Part shown: positions 39,556 through 49,614 of the stretch, one piece after another
How the letters are laid out: each line of letters begins with the position of its first letter
Position numbering within the stretch: position 1 is the stretch's first letter
Assembly: GCA_001567355.1 (NCBI GenBank)
Contig: JYNZ01000003.1
Span: 678,762-742,761 of the forward strand
Length of the DNA stretch: 64,000 nucleotides
Origin: a candidate division WS6 bacterium OLB20
GTDB taxonomy: Bacteria; Patescibacteriota; Dojkabacteria; B142; OLB20
Direction of reading: 5' to 3'
Program-made: the position numbers and the translations under genes
Notes under the pieces: model-generated
Database searches by the model: none
Told to the model about the DNA's origin: nothing
Seen by the model: the letters and a program-made list of their open reading frames with translations, nothing else

Positions 39556-41652
39556 ATGACAGCAAGACTATTCATCGATAACGGAATAGACTTTGAGTAT
39601 ATGATTCTGCTTGCAGGAGGACTTATTCTGCTGCTCATTATTCTGAATGTACTTGTTCTGCTGAGACGCTATCTGCACACAAGGGGCAGAACGCTGACTC
39701 CCGTTTTCCTCCGTTCTGTCAGGCAGGCGTTCAAGAACATCCTTCGCAGAGCAGTGCCGGCAGTCGTCCGCAGGCGCAGAAGCGGAATTTTGCGCGGTAC
39801 GGTCGTTGTGATAAACAGTTTTGCTGCTGCTGTTCTGATGGTTGCCCTGTTTGATCTGTTTCAGGGGCCGGGCATACGAGGTCACTATCCGGCAGTTGAA
39901 GGAAAGCTGCAGAATTATGAAGAACCGATCACAATTGAGTTTGACCGTGCGGTTGATACCACTGAATTCCAGCCCTATATCTTCCCCGAGATTGATGGTG
40001 AATGGCGGGCCGAGCCCGAATATGACTGGATGCCGGGGATCAAGCGCAAGGTGGCGTTTTATCCGAAAGAGTCGATGTTTCCGGGTAAGGTGTTTATCTA
40101 CTATGCAGAGGTTACTGACAGTCTGAAACTTCAGGAGAAGTGGGAATACGGTATCAATGCCTACAGTGTTCCGGTGCCGGCAGTCAGCAGTGTCTCCCCT
40201 GAAAAGGGTTCTGAAGATGTCGGTGTTGACCGCGAGCTGCAGTTTTATCTGGATAACGAGACCGGCGACTTTATCGAATGGAGCTTTGAAATTTCGCCCG
40301 ATGTATCAACCCAGCTGTACCAGTCTGATGCAAAGACAATTAACGTGCGGTTTGAGTCACTGCTGGCACAGAATACTGAGTACTCCTACAAGCTACGCAG
40401 AACTCCGGTCCGGTACCGTCTGGATAGCGGAGAGGTGATAGACCGTGGAGAAACATCCGTCGCCACAGAAGGATCATTTAAAACCGTTAAGGAACCGCTG
40501 CTTGAATCGATCCACCCGAGCGGTGAGGGTGTTTACATTACTGATTCGATCAAGGTTGTTTTTGATCAGGAGATGGAGCAGCAGTCGGCACAGGAGGCGT
40601 TCCGTATCGCGCCTGAGGTTGCAGGTACGTTTTCATGGGAAGACAGCAGGACGATGATTTATGACCCCGGGCAGAACCTCGCAAAGGAAACAAAGTATAC
40701 CGTAACCTTAAAACAGGGGATTCGCAGTCTTAAGGGTGGTTTTACCGGCAAGGATGTAACGCATGAGTTTACAACGATCGGGGCGGTCACAGCAGGATTT
40801 TCACCGGGCGGCAGCAGTGTGGATACGGCTGCCAACATCTCTGTCTATTTCAATCAGCCGGTTGATAAGGCCAGTGCCGAGTCAAAGTTTTCGATATCGC
40901 CGTCGGTACCCGGTTCAATCTCCTGGAACGGTAACACACTGACATTTAATCCATCCTCTGATCTTGCGTTTTCAACCGTCTATACTGTCAGGGTTGATGC
41001 AGGTGTAAAAAGCATTAACGGCATCGACTCGCGCACGCAGTTCAGCAGGTCGTTTACAACCGAGGCACAGGTGTTCCGTCTTAATGTGCCGGTGTATTAT
41101 CAGAGCCTGAGGTTCTCCTGCAATCTGGTTGCCGCGCGGATGGCTCTGGCTTATCGAGGGATTTCTGTCTCGACACTTGGTGCTCATTCGCAGATAGCAA
41201 AAGACAACACACCATGGAATCCGGATGCGAATACATGGGGCAATCCGCATGCGGGTTATGTGGGCGATATCTATGGCAACCAGGAGGGATACGGTGTCTA
41301 CTGGGGACCGCTGTCCAGCTGGATGTCTGGATACAGATCCAACGCTGTCAGAGTAGGCTGGAGCAGAACGCAGATGCTGCAGGCTGTGCAGGCGGGTAAC
41401 CCCGTGATCATCTGGGCACATAACGGTTACTCAGGCTCAGGTGCAAACAGGTCGTGGACGACGCCTGGCGGCACAAATATTTACGCGATCCAGGGAATGC
41501 ATTCCTATGTGGTTGTAGGCTGGGTTGGACCGATCGACAATCCCTCACAGATTATCCTTAATGACCCCAACCGTGGTCGCTGGACGATCTCTACAGGCTA
41601 CTTCGACGCACTCTGGTCATACTTCGGCAGAGCATCGGTCGTTGTCTACTGA
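39556..41652 (+). CDS. membrane-anchored protein with bacterial Ig-like (SbsA-type) repeats and a C-terminal peptidase C39-like domain
   Basis: N-terminal TM helices. Repeated ~90-aa Ig-like segments (…VSSVSPEKGSEDV…, …IHPSGEGVY…, …FSPGGSSVDTAANISVYF…). C-terminal VPVYYQSLRFSCNLVAARMALAYRG…NPVIIWA…MHSYVVVGW…DPN (Cys/His of the C39-like fold). Confidence 0.6.
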   Translation: MTARLFIDNGIDFEYMILLAGGLILLLIILNVLVLLRRYLHTRGRTLTPVFLRSVRQAFKNILRRAVPAVVRRRRSGILRGTVVVINSFAAAVLMVALFDLFQGPGIRGHYPAVEGKLQNYEEPITIEFDRAVDTTEFQPYIFPEIDGEWRAEPEYDWMPGIKRKVAFYPKESMFPGKVFIYYAEVTDSLKLQEKWEYGINAYSVPVPAVSSVSPEKGSEDVGVDRELQFYLDNETGDFIEWSFEISPDVSTQLYQSDAKTINVRFESLLAQNTEYSYKLRRTPVRYRLDSGEVIDRGETSVATEGSFKTVKEPLLESIHPSGEGVYITDSIKVVFDQEMEQQSAQEAFRIAPEVAGTFSWEDSRTMIYDPGQNLAKETKYTVTLKQGIRSLKGGFTGKDVTHEFTTIGAVTAGFSPGGSSVDTAANISVYFNQPVDKASAESKFSISPSVPGSISWNGNTLTFNPSSDLAFSTVYTVRVDAGVKSINGIDSRTQFSRSFTTEAQVFRLNVPVYYQSLRFSCNLVAARMALAYRGISVSTLGAHSQIAKDNTPWNPDANTWGNPHAGYVGDIYGNQEGYGVYWGPLSSWMSGYRSNAVRVGWSRTQMLQAVQAGNPVIIWAHNGYSGSGANRSWTTPGGTNIYAIQGMHSYVVVGWVGPIDNPSQIILNDPNRGRWTISTGYFDALWSYFGRASVVVY

Positions 41653-42716
41653 TGCAGCGGCCGCATGGTGTGCTTTTGCTGCTCCTTGTACTGACTGCTT
41701 CACTTCTGCTGTTCTGGAACCTGGAAGAAGCGCCTCTTGAACGCTGGGATGAACTGACAAATATCAACGTCGTTCAGGAAACACGCTCCGGCGGGCATCT
41801 GCTGCCTGTGCTTGGCGGCAAACCGTTTCTCGAAAAACCTCCGCTCTGGTATCTGCTTACATCTGCTCTGACATCGTTTACCGGTGACCATCTGTTCTGG
41901 TATCGCTCGGTCAGCGCATTTTCCGGTCTCGGATGTGTCCTGCTGCTGGTTCTGATTGTGAAGCGTACACATGATATTGCTTCGGGGCTGGCTTCGGGAT
42001 TTACTTTGCTCTCTGTAGTCCATCTGTTTGTCCCGTCCGTGGCCGGACTGTTCTCGTCTCATACATTCCGCAGCGCAGACCTTGACGCATTGCAGCTGTT
42101 TCTGCTGTGCGCAGCCTGGTTTGTGTTTCGGAGCGAACACAAACGTAAAATTGCGTTCACATCAATCCTGATCGGTTGCGCGTATCTGGTCAAGGGGCCG
42201 CTTGCTCTGGGGCTGCTCGGTGTCTGTGTATTTACTCTGTATCGCAGAAGGGCAGAGCTAAGGACTTTCGCCGAGTTGGTACTTCCGGCTGCGGTGCTGG
42301 CCGGACTCTGGTTCTGTCTGATGTTCAAGTACACTTCGGGTGGTATATGGGATTCATACATACTCTACCATCAGCTCGCAAGAATCTCGGGGATAGAAAT
42401 GCACGTAGAGCCTGTGTGGTTTTATATCCTGATACTTGCTCATCCGCTGACCAACCCTGCCGCCTTGCCTGCGGGGATTGCATGGCTGCGGTCACTAAAG
42501 TCCGGGTCGCTGGCAGCTGTCTCTGCAGCGGCTCTGCTGGCAGGACTGAGTTTCATTCTGACAAAGCTGTCTTGGTACGTTTTCCCGGTGTATATTCTGC
42601 TGGCACTGATCACCGGCAGAATGTATCGCCAGTTTGCTCTGCCCTTACAGATCCTGCTCTATGTCGCTGTTGCCGCCGGGATTCTTCAGTCGCTCTGGTA
42701 CGTTATCCGGTTGTAA
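41652..42716 (+). CDS. GT-C glycosyltransferase, ArnT/PMT (GT83/GT39)-like N-terminal membrane domain
   Basis: …DELTNINVVQETRSGGHLLPVLGGKPFLEKPPLWYLLTSA… matches the first periplasmic loop of the ArnT/PMT family. ~9 TM. Confidence 0.6.
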   Translation: MQRPHGVLLLLLVLTASLLLFWNLEEAPLERWDELTNINVVQETRSGGHLLPVLGGKPFLEKPPLWYLLTSALTSFTGDHLFWYRSVSAFSGLGCVLLLVLIVKRTHDIASGLASGFTLLSVVHLFVPSVAGLFSSHTFRSADLDALQLFLLCAAWFVFRSEHKRKIAFTSILIGCAYLVKGPLALGLLGVCVFTLYRRRAELRTFAELVLPAAVLAGLWFCLMFKYTSGGIWDSYILYHQLARISGIEMHVEPVWFYILILAHPLTNPAALPAGIAWLRSLKSGSLAAVSAAALLAGLSFILTKLSWYVFPVYILLALITGRMYRQFALPLQILLYVAVAAGILQSLWYVIRL

Positions 42717-43845
42717 TCTCGCCCTTCGCGTTTGTGGTCAGGTTGATAACCTGTGGCGCTGACGGTCGCTGCATCAGATAAAGAACGAGCGCTGCAAGCA
42801 TGGTAATCAGACTGGCAAACATCAGGCCGAATCCAAGCGGCTGATTTGTGTTTACACTGATATCGGCATCTGCAGCAGACTGCGGAGCAAGGGCAGGCGC
42901 AAAAGGCAGTGTAAACAGATCTTCTGATATTTCGCCGTCCTCGCCGGAGTAGGTCATTGTCACATTGTAGTCACGTGCCGACAGGGTTGAGGTGTCAACA
43001 TCAATCATCCAGAAACCCGCGGCGTCCGGTACTGTTGTATATACAACAGCATCATCGGTATCAAGTGCGATGGTGAGCAGACTGCTTACGCTGCTGCGAC
43101 CGCTTAAAATAAGTACCTCGGGCACGGTCTTCGGGACTGAGGCCGGAGGATAGATCAGTCCGTCAACCTCAACAAACTCATAAAATGCCTGACGCGCTGC
43201 ACCTGTCAATAATCCCTGGATTGTAACCTGCACTGGTACGGACCGTCCTGACTCTCCTGCGGTATTTACTGCGCTCACTTCATAGGTCGGCGTAGTGCCA
43301 GCTGCCCGACCTGTGTCGGTAAAAAATGGAAACCGTGTCTCGGCAACCAATTCACTATCTCTGTAAACCCTGTAAGTGGTCACCCCATCCTGCGGCAGCC
43401 AGTTCAGATCAGTAAAACCCTCACCGACAAAGCTCTGCGTCAGACCTGCGGGGGCCACGGGTGCAGCCTCGCCGCTTACAGCTATGGTCAGGGCGCTGCG
43501 TTTCAGACCGCTTTCCTGCCAGACTGCGTAAAGTATCCGGGATTGCTCCGCGGTAAATGACAGTGCGACCGGTTGATTTTCAATCTCTGCTGAACGAATG
43601 GTCCCGTCTGCGCTTTCCACAACAACACCGCAGCACCAGACCTCGGAACTCCCGCGGGTAAGTTCCAGAGTAACCTCGTCACCTTTTGCAACGGTAAACG
43701 AATCAGGTGAAAATGAACCCGCGCGCTGAGATATATCACCTGTCGACACAGTTACCTGTAACAGTTGCTCCTCAGCCGAAACGGCGGACGGCACTGAAAA
43801 CAGCGCCGCAAAAGTCATGATTGTAGCCAGAATGTACTTACTCAT
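42703..43845 (-). CDS. secreted/cell-surface protein with FN3-like domain and C-terminal TM anchor
   Basis: Signal peptide MSKYILATIMTFAALFSVPSAVSA. FN3-like …GVTTYRVYRDSELVAETRFPFFTDTGRAAGTTPTYEVSAVNTAGESG. C-terminal hydrophobic segment. Confidence 0.5.
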   Translation of the reverse strand: MSKYILATIMTFAALFSVPSAVSAEEQLLQVTVSTGDISQRAGSFSPDSFTVAKGDEVTLELTRGSSEVWCCGVVVESADGTIRSAEIENQPVALSFTAEQSRILYAVWQESGLKRSALTIAVSGEAAPVAPAGLTQSFVGEGFTDLNWLPQDGVTTYRVYRDSELVAETRFPFFTDTGRAAGTTPTYEVSAVNTAGESGRSVPVQVTIQGLLTGAARQAFYEFVEVDGLIYPPASVPKTVPEVLILSGRSSVSSLLTIALDTDDAVVYTTVPDAAGFWMIDVDTSTLSARDYNVTMTYSGEDGEISEDLFTLPFAPALAPQSAADADISVNTNQPLGFGLMFASLITMLAALVLYLMQRPSAPQVINLTTNAKGEITTG

Positions 43846-43894
43846 AGGGCAGAGTTGTACTAGTATAGTATGTAATTATTATTGGTGTGACAAT

Positions 43895-44524
43895 ATGCGT
43901 GTGACGAGGAATGAGACACTTCTCAGACAGCTGACATCAAACAAAGTTATCTGGCTGCTGACACTGTCAGACATTTTTACCTGGGGAAGCTACTACATCA
44001 TCAGTACCATTGCCGGTATATATCTTGCGGGCAGGCTCGGTGTCAATGCTGTCGAAATCATCGGGATCGGTACTGCAGTCTACTTCGTATGCAGGGCTGT
44101 GTTTCAGATCCCGGTAGGTATTATTACCGACAGGCTGGAACGAGACCGTGATGAGGTCCTTATCCTTGCGATCGGGAGCATTCTCATGGGAATGTCGTTT
44201 GTGATGTATCCGCTCATTGACAGGCCGATTTCGTATTTCTTCCTGCAGTTTCTGTTTGGACTTGGTACTGCAATGAATTTGAATACCTGGCGCAAGCTGT
44301 TTGCTAAAAACCTGCAGAAGAACAACGAGGGCAAAGAGTACGGTATGTATGAAGTATTCATGAGTATGGCGATAGCCGCATTCAGCTGGGTCGCAGGTCT
44401 GGTTGCCGGTGCAGGGGGTATTTACTTTGATCTTGTTATGATAGCCGTTGGTATTACCATGATGCTCAGCTTCGGATGGGCGCTTCTGATTCTTACTATC
44501 CGTGACAGAAAGTCGCAGGACTAG
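43895..44524 (+). CDS. small 6-TM MFS-like membrane protein (half-size)
   Basis: GIITDRLERDRDEV resembles the MFS loop motif G-x-x-x-D-R-x-G-R-R. ~6 hydrophobic helices. Confidence 0.35.
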   Translation: MRVTRNETLLRQLTSNKVIWLLTLSDIFTWGSYYIISTIAGIYLAGRLGVNAVEIIGIGTAVYFVCRAVFQIPVGIITDRLERDRDEVLILAIGSILMGMSFVMYPLIDRPISYFFLQFLFGLGTAMNLNTWRKLFAKNLQKNNEGKEYGMYEVFMSMAIAAFSWVAGLVAGAGGIYFDLVMIAVGITMMLSFGWALLILTIRDRKSQD

Positions 44525-44594
44525 GTATGCAGAATCCGGCGTGTCAGTTTCCCCTTTGCCCTGAGATAGGCTACTATATACAGAAGTACGTACA

Positions 44595-46343
44595 ATGAAA
44601 GGACGCCGAATCTTCACAACGCTGCTTGTTTTTATGCTGCTTGGTCTCTCTGCTGCAGCTATTTTCATTGGTGTACAGTTGCAGCAGACAGGTGACACAA
44701 CCCCCGATGATACTTCGGCTGCCTGTGTTCCCGGAACAATGATCTGCAATGGTGACAGTCTGGGTACTGTCTGCGGTCAGGGGGGATCCGACTGGGGTAT
44801 TGTCTGCGGAAGTAACGGACAGTGGGACCGGAACACCTGTACCAAGCGTGATGCGTGTGCACGGCGTGACCTCTATACCGGGCGTTCCTGCGCTGATCTT
44901 GTCCGGTTCAGCTGCGGAGAAAACGGCCGGGGAGAATTTGTCGGCTGTAACACCTCAGGGCAGAACTGCTTCTGCCGCAGAACCGATGTCAACTATACAC
45001 CCCAGACTGGAGCATGTAACGTAAGCTGCTGCGCCCGCCAGGGTAATAATCCGGGCGGTAATACCGGATACAGTGGTATCACCGTCACCTGCCTTGACGA
45101 AATCCTTGACGGTCTGGGTCGGGCTGACTCCTGCGGAGCGCGCGTCACCAGTGGCGGCTCAACGCCAACCCCGACTCCGGGAACCTGCAGCTGTTCACAG
45201 GGTTACAATTACTGCGGTGTGGCAATCCCCCCGGGACAGACTTACTGCGGGTACCAGGTCTGCGGACGTGACGGCAGAATGTATACCTGTAATTCAAGCG
45301 GGTGGACTGCAGGCGGAACCTGTTCGATGCAGTGCGACAATCCCACGCCGACCTATACGCCGCCGGTCACAACTCCACCATCTTACAGCTGTCCCAGACA
45401 TCCGAACACTCAGTTCTGGGTCGGATGCCGTGGTGAGCCATACTCAGGCTGCGGTGGACTCAGTGGCTGGATCAGTGGAAGTGATGTGACAAGACGCAAC
45501 CCGAGACCGCAGTTCTATCTGGATATCAACTGCTTTGCAGAGCAGAACGGACGTATTGACGGAGCATACACAAACGCCTACGTAGAGCTGCGCCGTAACG
45601 GTCAGCTGGTGCGGACATTCAACGACTGGAACGTCCGTGATTATCTGATAACTGACTACGGCAGTTATTCTGCACGCTGCATTGACAGATCAGACGCATC
45701 GTGCGGTGATACCGACGGTTTCGCGATCAATGCACCGCCACCGACAACCATTCCGCCGTCACCGTCACCCACATTTACGCCGACGAACACGCCGACAAAT
45801 ACGCCGACAAATACACCGACCAATACGCCAACCAACACACCGACGGCTACCAGTACACCAACGGCAACGCCTACACCTACAAACACACCGACAAATACGT
45901 ACACACCGACACCGACTCCATCTGTTACAACAACCATTGTGGAGACGGTCACCCCGACACCAACGCCGTCACCGACGACTCCTCCCGGATTCCTCGAGTG
46001 TTATGAGACAGGATGCGACAGTGCACCATGTGTCATCGGGCTTGTGTGTCAGAACAACCGCTGCGTGAATCCGCAATACCCTGACAGTCCTGTATGTAAG
46101 CCAGGTGTCGTGACAACAATCCCGCCGACCGCCCTGATCAGTGACACTGCTGACCGTATTCTGCTTGGTACCATACTGCTGATAGCAGCAATCTGGGGGT
46201 ACATTGCCGGTGCATACCAGACGGTCGGCAATGCTGTCTGGTTGAATGTTTTACGGCCCGGGCTTGCAAAGGCCGTACCGTCATACGGCCAGAAGCAGTA
46301 TGAGCAGGAGGCCTCGGAGCGCCTGAAACCTGAAGACGACTAG
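44595..46343 (+). CDS. Cys-rich surface protein with Pro/Thr-repeat stalk and C-terminal TM anchor
   Basis: N-terminal signal-anchor …[16 protein letters not shown]… and >40 Cys in the first 380 aa. (PTNT)n stalk. Hydrophobic C-terminal segment [18 protein letters not shown]. Confidence 0.6.
   Translation: MKGRRIFTTLLVFMLLGLSAAAIFIGVQLQQTGDTTPDDTSAACVPGTMICNGDSLGTVCGQGGSDWGIVCGSNGQWDRNTCTKRDACARRDLYTGRSCADLVRFSCGENGRGEFVGCNTSGQNCFCRRTDVNYTPQTGACNVSCCARQGNNPGGNTGYSGITVTCLDEILDGLGRADSCGARVTSGGSTPTPTPGTCSCSQGYNYCGVAIPPGQTYCGYQVCGRDGRMYTCNSSGWTAGGTCSMQCDNPTPTYTPPVTTPPSYSCPRHPNTQFWVGCRGEPYSGCGGLSGWISGSDVTRRNPRPQFYLDINCFAEQNGRIDGAYTNAYVELRRNGQLVRTFNDWNVRDYLITDYGSYSARCIDRSDASCGDTDGFAINAPPPTTIPPSPSPTFTPTNTPTNTPTNTPTNTPTNTPTATSTPTATPTPTNTPTNTYTPTPTPSVTTTIVETVTPTPTPSPTTPPGFLECYETGCDSAPCVIGLVCQNNRCVNPQYPDSPVCKPGVVTTIPPTALISDTADRILLGTILLIAAIWGYIAGAYQTVGNAVWLNVLRPGLAKAVPSYGQKQYEQEASERLKPEDD
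45777..45850 (+). repeat. 12-nt tandem repeat (CCGACAAATACG)n encoding PTNT linker
   Basis: ~6 direct copies with minor variation, inside CDS 44595-46343. Confidence 0.7.
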
Positions 46344-46348
46344 CCTGT

Positions 46349-47311
46349 ATGGAAAACCGACGAACCCTCATAATTGCCTTGTTTCTCGCAACCGCAGTTC
46401 TTGGCGCGTTGTCAATCTTTCTTGGAGTTCAGCTTCAGCAGAATCAGAACACTACACCGGATCCGGCTGCTGCTGCGTGTCCGATCGGTAAAGTCCGCTG
46501 CAGGACTGATAACCCCGGCATCTGTCCCGGACTGCATCCCAGTGACGGAAACCCAGCGATTGATGCGATGGTGGGTCAGCTATGCGGTGACGGTGTCAAC
46601 TGGGGTGGCTGCACCTATTTTGACGCATGTGCTCCTCAGGTCAGTGATGACGTTACCGCCTGTGCAGGTGATTATCCCGCTGTGTCAACGCGGATTATCA
46701 GGTTGAGCAGCGGTGAGCCAGACCGCGGGTCATTTGTTGGATGTGACTATTCAATTCAGCCGGGGGTGGGATACAATTGCTTCTGTCCGGAAAATGTCAG
46801 TGTCCGACAGCCGTTCACTGTGGGAACTGTCAACTGTTTTGAGGACCGCAACAGCGATTCATGTAATGCCCGTGAGATGACCCCTACTGTAACAAATACA
46901 CCAACCAGTACGCCCACAAATACGCCTACTAGCACGCCCACAAATACCCCAACCAGTACGCCGACCAATACTCCAACCAGCACGCCGACAAGTACACCCT
47001 CAGCAACACCAAGTGCTACCGCCTCCCCGACGCTGACACCAACCGCATCACCATCGGCAACGGTGACACCGACAAATACGCCAACACCAACAAACACAGC
47101 GACGCCGACTCCAACACCGTCGGTGACCACTACAACAGTAGAGACGTTTACACCGACGCCGACTCCTTCTGTTACGGTTACGCTGCCGCCAACCGCTATC
47201 GGTGACGGACCGCAGGGTATACTGGCTGGACTGCTGCTGCTGGGACTGGGACTGTGGCTGTATATCTCAGGCGGTGCAGATATTGTTCTCAGGCGCGCAC
47301 GGGGTTATTGA
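46349..47311 (+). CDS. paralogous Cys-rich Pro/Thr-repeat surface protein with sorting-signal-like C-terminus (LPPTAIGDG + hydrophobic segment + RRARGY)
   Basis: Shares the N-terminal …[17 protein letters not shown]…AAACP… and the C-terminal …[11 protein letters not shown](I/T)VET(V/F)TPTPTPS… with the upstream gene. Confidence 0.6.
   Translation: MENRRTLIIALFLATAVLGALSIFLGVQLQQNQNTTPDPAAAACPIGKVRCRTDNPGICPGLHPSDGNPAIDAMVGQLCGDGVNWGGCTYFDACAPQVSDDVTACAGDYPAVSTRIIRLSSGEPDRGSFVGCDYSIQPGVGYNCFCPENVSVRQPFTVGTVNCFEDRNSDSCNAREMTPTVTNTPTSTPTNTPTSTPTNTPTSTPTNTPTSTPTSTPSATPSATASPTLTPTASPSATVTPTNTPTPTNTATPTPTPSVTTTTVETFTPTPTPSVTVTLPPTAIGDGPQGILAGLLLLGLGLWLYISGGADIVLRRARGY
46897..46998 (+). repeat. 30-nt tandem repeat encoding ([10 protein letters not shown])n linker
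   Basis: ~3.5 direct copies, inside CDS 46349-47311. Confidence 0.7.
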
Positions 47312-48348
47312 GCTTTATAGGTCTGATTAAGCCATCCAAGCCAGTGCTGCCAGATCTCGCGGGGCACTCCGTCATTCTCTCTGAGAGCGAGTGAGTCAAA
47401 GATCTGAAACCCTGATCCCGAAGAAACGCCATTTTCCCAGTGGTAGGGATCGTTCAGCATCAGCCAGTTGACGAAAACGGTCTCAGTAGGTGAGAGCAGT
47501 TGCTGCAGCCGTTTAAGATAGATAACCTGTTCCTCTGGAGAACCGGTATAGTTCTGATCGTTCAGAAACTGCAGATCCTTTCCGTAGCTCTCGCGTGCGG
47601 GCCAGCCGGTCTCTGTGATAGCCAGCGGCTTGCCGGTTGCAGTCGCAGTCAGAAAGTAGTCGTCGGGAATATCTTGCGGATCTTTGTACTGTAAATGCGG
47701 ATAGACTGTAAGCCCTACTGCATCAATGTGTCCACTGACAAGGCCTAGAAGTTCTGTTTGCTCCGTTGTGCCGTTTTCGCCCATAAGCGTCGCACGACCG
47801 GTGAGTGCGTCGTACTGAAATGTCGTGTATATGGTCCTGTCAGAGAATTCTTCTTTCAGGGCCGTGTAGATCTCTGTGTATGCCTCAAAGAATTCAAGAT
47901 AGTTGTCGGGATGTGAAAACTCAAACAGATTAACCTCGTTACCGACTGAAAGATGGGTGATCTGTGGATACTCCTGTAAAAGAGTGGAAGCAGTTTTCAG
48001 GTAATCATTCCTGCGAGACCGCCAGTCTTCAGGCGACTGAAATCCGAGTACCAGTTCAATATCAAGATCTGTTTTTGCTGCCGCATCTCTGATGAGACCG
48101 GTATCCTGCCAGTCAACGTGGATACCGTACAGCTCCGATGCGGATTCGATATCAGGCCAGAACGCCTGAGCTGCATCAGATGTATATGACGGAAACCCTG
48201 CCGGAGCAAAACCGCTGATGCCGATCAGGTAGGATCGGGTGCCCGGTGGTATTACCGAAGGATCCTCAGGAGCAAGTTTTGGCACAGGTGCTTTACATGC
48301 CTGCAGGGCACAGGCTGCTATCAGTAGAGACAGAAGCAGCTTTTTCAT
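47305..48348 (-). CDS. lipoprotein, glycoside hydrolase clan GH-A (GH5-like) candidate
   Basis: Lipobox signal [25 protein letters not shown] (acid/base NE) and LAITETGW (nucleophile E) motifs spaced as in (beta/alpha)8 GH-A enzymes. Confidence 0.55.
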   Translation of the reverse strand: MKKLLLSLLIAACALQACKAPVPKLAPEDPSVIPPGTRSYLIGISGFAPAGFPSYTSDAAQAFWPDIESASELYGIHVDWQDTGLIRDAAAKTDLDIELVLGFQSPEDWRSRRNDYLKTASTLLQEYPQITHLSVGNEVNLFEFSHPDNYLEFFEAYTEIYTALKEEFSDRTIYTTFQYDALTGRATLMGENGTTEQTELLGLVSGHIDAVGLTVYPHLQYKDPQDIPDDYFLTATATGKPLAITETGWPARESYGKDLQFLNDQNYTGSPEEQVIYLKRLQQLLSPTETVFVNWLMLNDPYHWENGVSSGSGFQIFDSLALRENDGVPREIWQHWLGWLNQTYKAQ

Positions 48349-48424
48349 ATGTGTTCCGCTGATATTCTCTACTGTAGCATACAGCTTGACTGGAATCACG
48401 GATTACCATACGCTAAAAGCATAC

Positions 48425-48718
48425 ATGGAAGAAACTGATCTGACCTCAAAAATTGCAGGCATCCTGCGCGAATGCGGAGATGCCCATCATGAGTTCGAAC
48501 AGAACGAACTTCAGGGTAAACGCGATGAATCCTGGCCGGCGTGGTATGCCAAATATCTGCTGGAGCATGGTATGGATGAACTGTTTGAAGAACAGGTCAG
48601 CCCAGCCGATCTTGAGTCCACACTTCTTGAGGCGGCCGGTTCGTTTGAAGGAATAAAAGATGATACCCGGACATGGGATCAGTACTACGCCCAGGCGATT
48701 ACTGAGCAATTTACCTGA
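48425..48718 (+). CDS. small acidic hypothetical protein (MEETDLTSKIAGILRECGDAHHEFEQ…WPAWYAKYL…)
   Basis: ORF with the start chosen outside the overlap with the convergent gene. Confidence 0.3.
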   Translation: MEETDLTSKIAGILRECGDAHHEFEQNELQGKRDESWPAWYAKYLLEHGMDELFEEQVSPADLESTLLEAAGSFEGIKDDTRTWDQYYAQAITEQFT

Positions 48719-48731
48719 TCAGATACAATCA

Positions 48732-49574
48732 ATGCCTGTTAAAAAACACAAGGATATTGACCTGGGTCGTTCACTTAAAAGCTTTTTCGAGCTGCCTGAC
48801 TGGCAGGAGCGCACACTGTTCATCGGCGGACTGTTTGTAGGCCTGATGCTTCTGTATGTGCTGTTTCTCGTCACAATGTTTATCCCGCTGATTGGTATCA
48901 TTGCCTCGTGCTGTTTTCTGGTTATGTTTCCGCTGGTTTCCATGGCAGTCAATTTTTATGTGGATGGTTACAGAACAGAACTGACAGATGCGCTTGTTGC
49001 AGGAAAGACAGCAGACAGCGTGAGGGTCAGCGGCAACTATCAGGAACGCATTATTACCGGATTTAAGCTGGGTGTCTCCAACCTGATTTATAATATTCCC
49101 CTTATACTTCTATATGTGGTCGGGTACGTCATGCTTATTGCCCCCGTTTTTGCAGTCAGCATTGGCTCGGCAGCAAATGATGAATTGAGTGGTCTGGCTA
49201 TGCTGACGCTACTGTCAACGACGCTGATGTTCTATGTCTTTATTCTGATCGGCTGGTTCTGGCAGATAGTTCAGATGTATCTGATATACCCTGTGATGTT
49301 TATTTTCTTCAGAAAGGAACGTTCAATCAGGGATGCGCTGCGAGTGAGGAAAATGGTCTCCTTTGTCCGGAACAACTACATGAACGTCCTGATCTATTCA
49401 CTTGTCATGCTCGGCATTGCGCTTCTTTTTGGAATGGCCATGATGGTTTCTGTTCTTCTGGTCTTCCTCTGCATCGGAATCATCATTGCCCCGGTTGTAT
49501 TTGCTGTCGGTACAACATATACAATACATCTGCAGGCGGACATGCTGGCCCAGATGGAGCGAAACTCCCGCTGA
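48732..49574 (+). CDS. polytopic membrane protein (possibly DUF4013-like)
   Basis: ~6 TM helices after a short N-terminal cytoplasmic segment. Confidence 0.4.
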   Translation: MPVKKHKDIDLGRSLKSFFELPDWQERTLFIGGLFVGLMLLYVLFLVTMFIPLIGIIASCCFLVMFPLVSMAVNFYVDGYRTELTDALVAGKTADSVRVSGNYQERIITGFKLGVSNLIYNIPLILLYVVGYVMLIAPVFAVSIGSAANDELSGLAMLTLLSTTLMFYVFILIGWFWQIVQMYLIYPVMFIFFRKERSIRDALRVRKMVSFVRNNYMNVLIYSLVMLGIALLFGMAMMVSVLLVFLCIGIIIAPVVFAVGTTYTIHLQADMLAQMERNSR

Positions 49575-49614
49575 GAGACGAATCCAGACGTTCTTCGCAC
49601 ATTCTGAAGGCCAC

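Noticed and set aside
45665-47130. ORFs translating to V/G-rich or R/H-rich low-complexity peptides (45665-45952, 45682-46068, 46756-47130)
   Set aside because: Alternative-frame or antisense readings of the Pro/Thr-codon tandem repeats.
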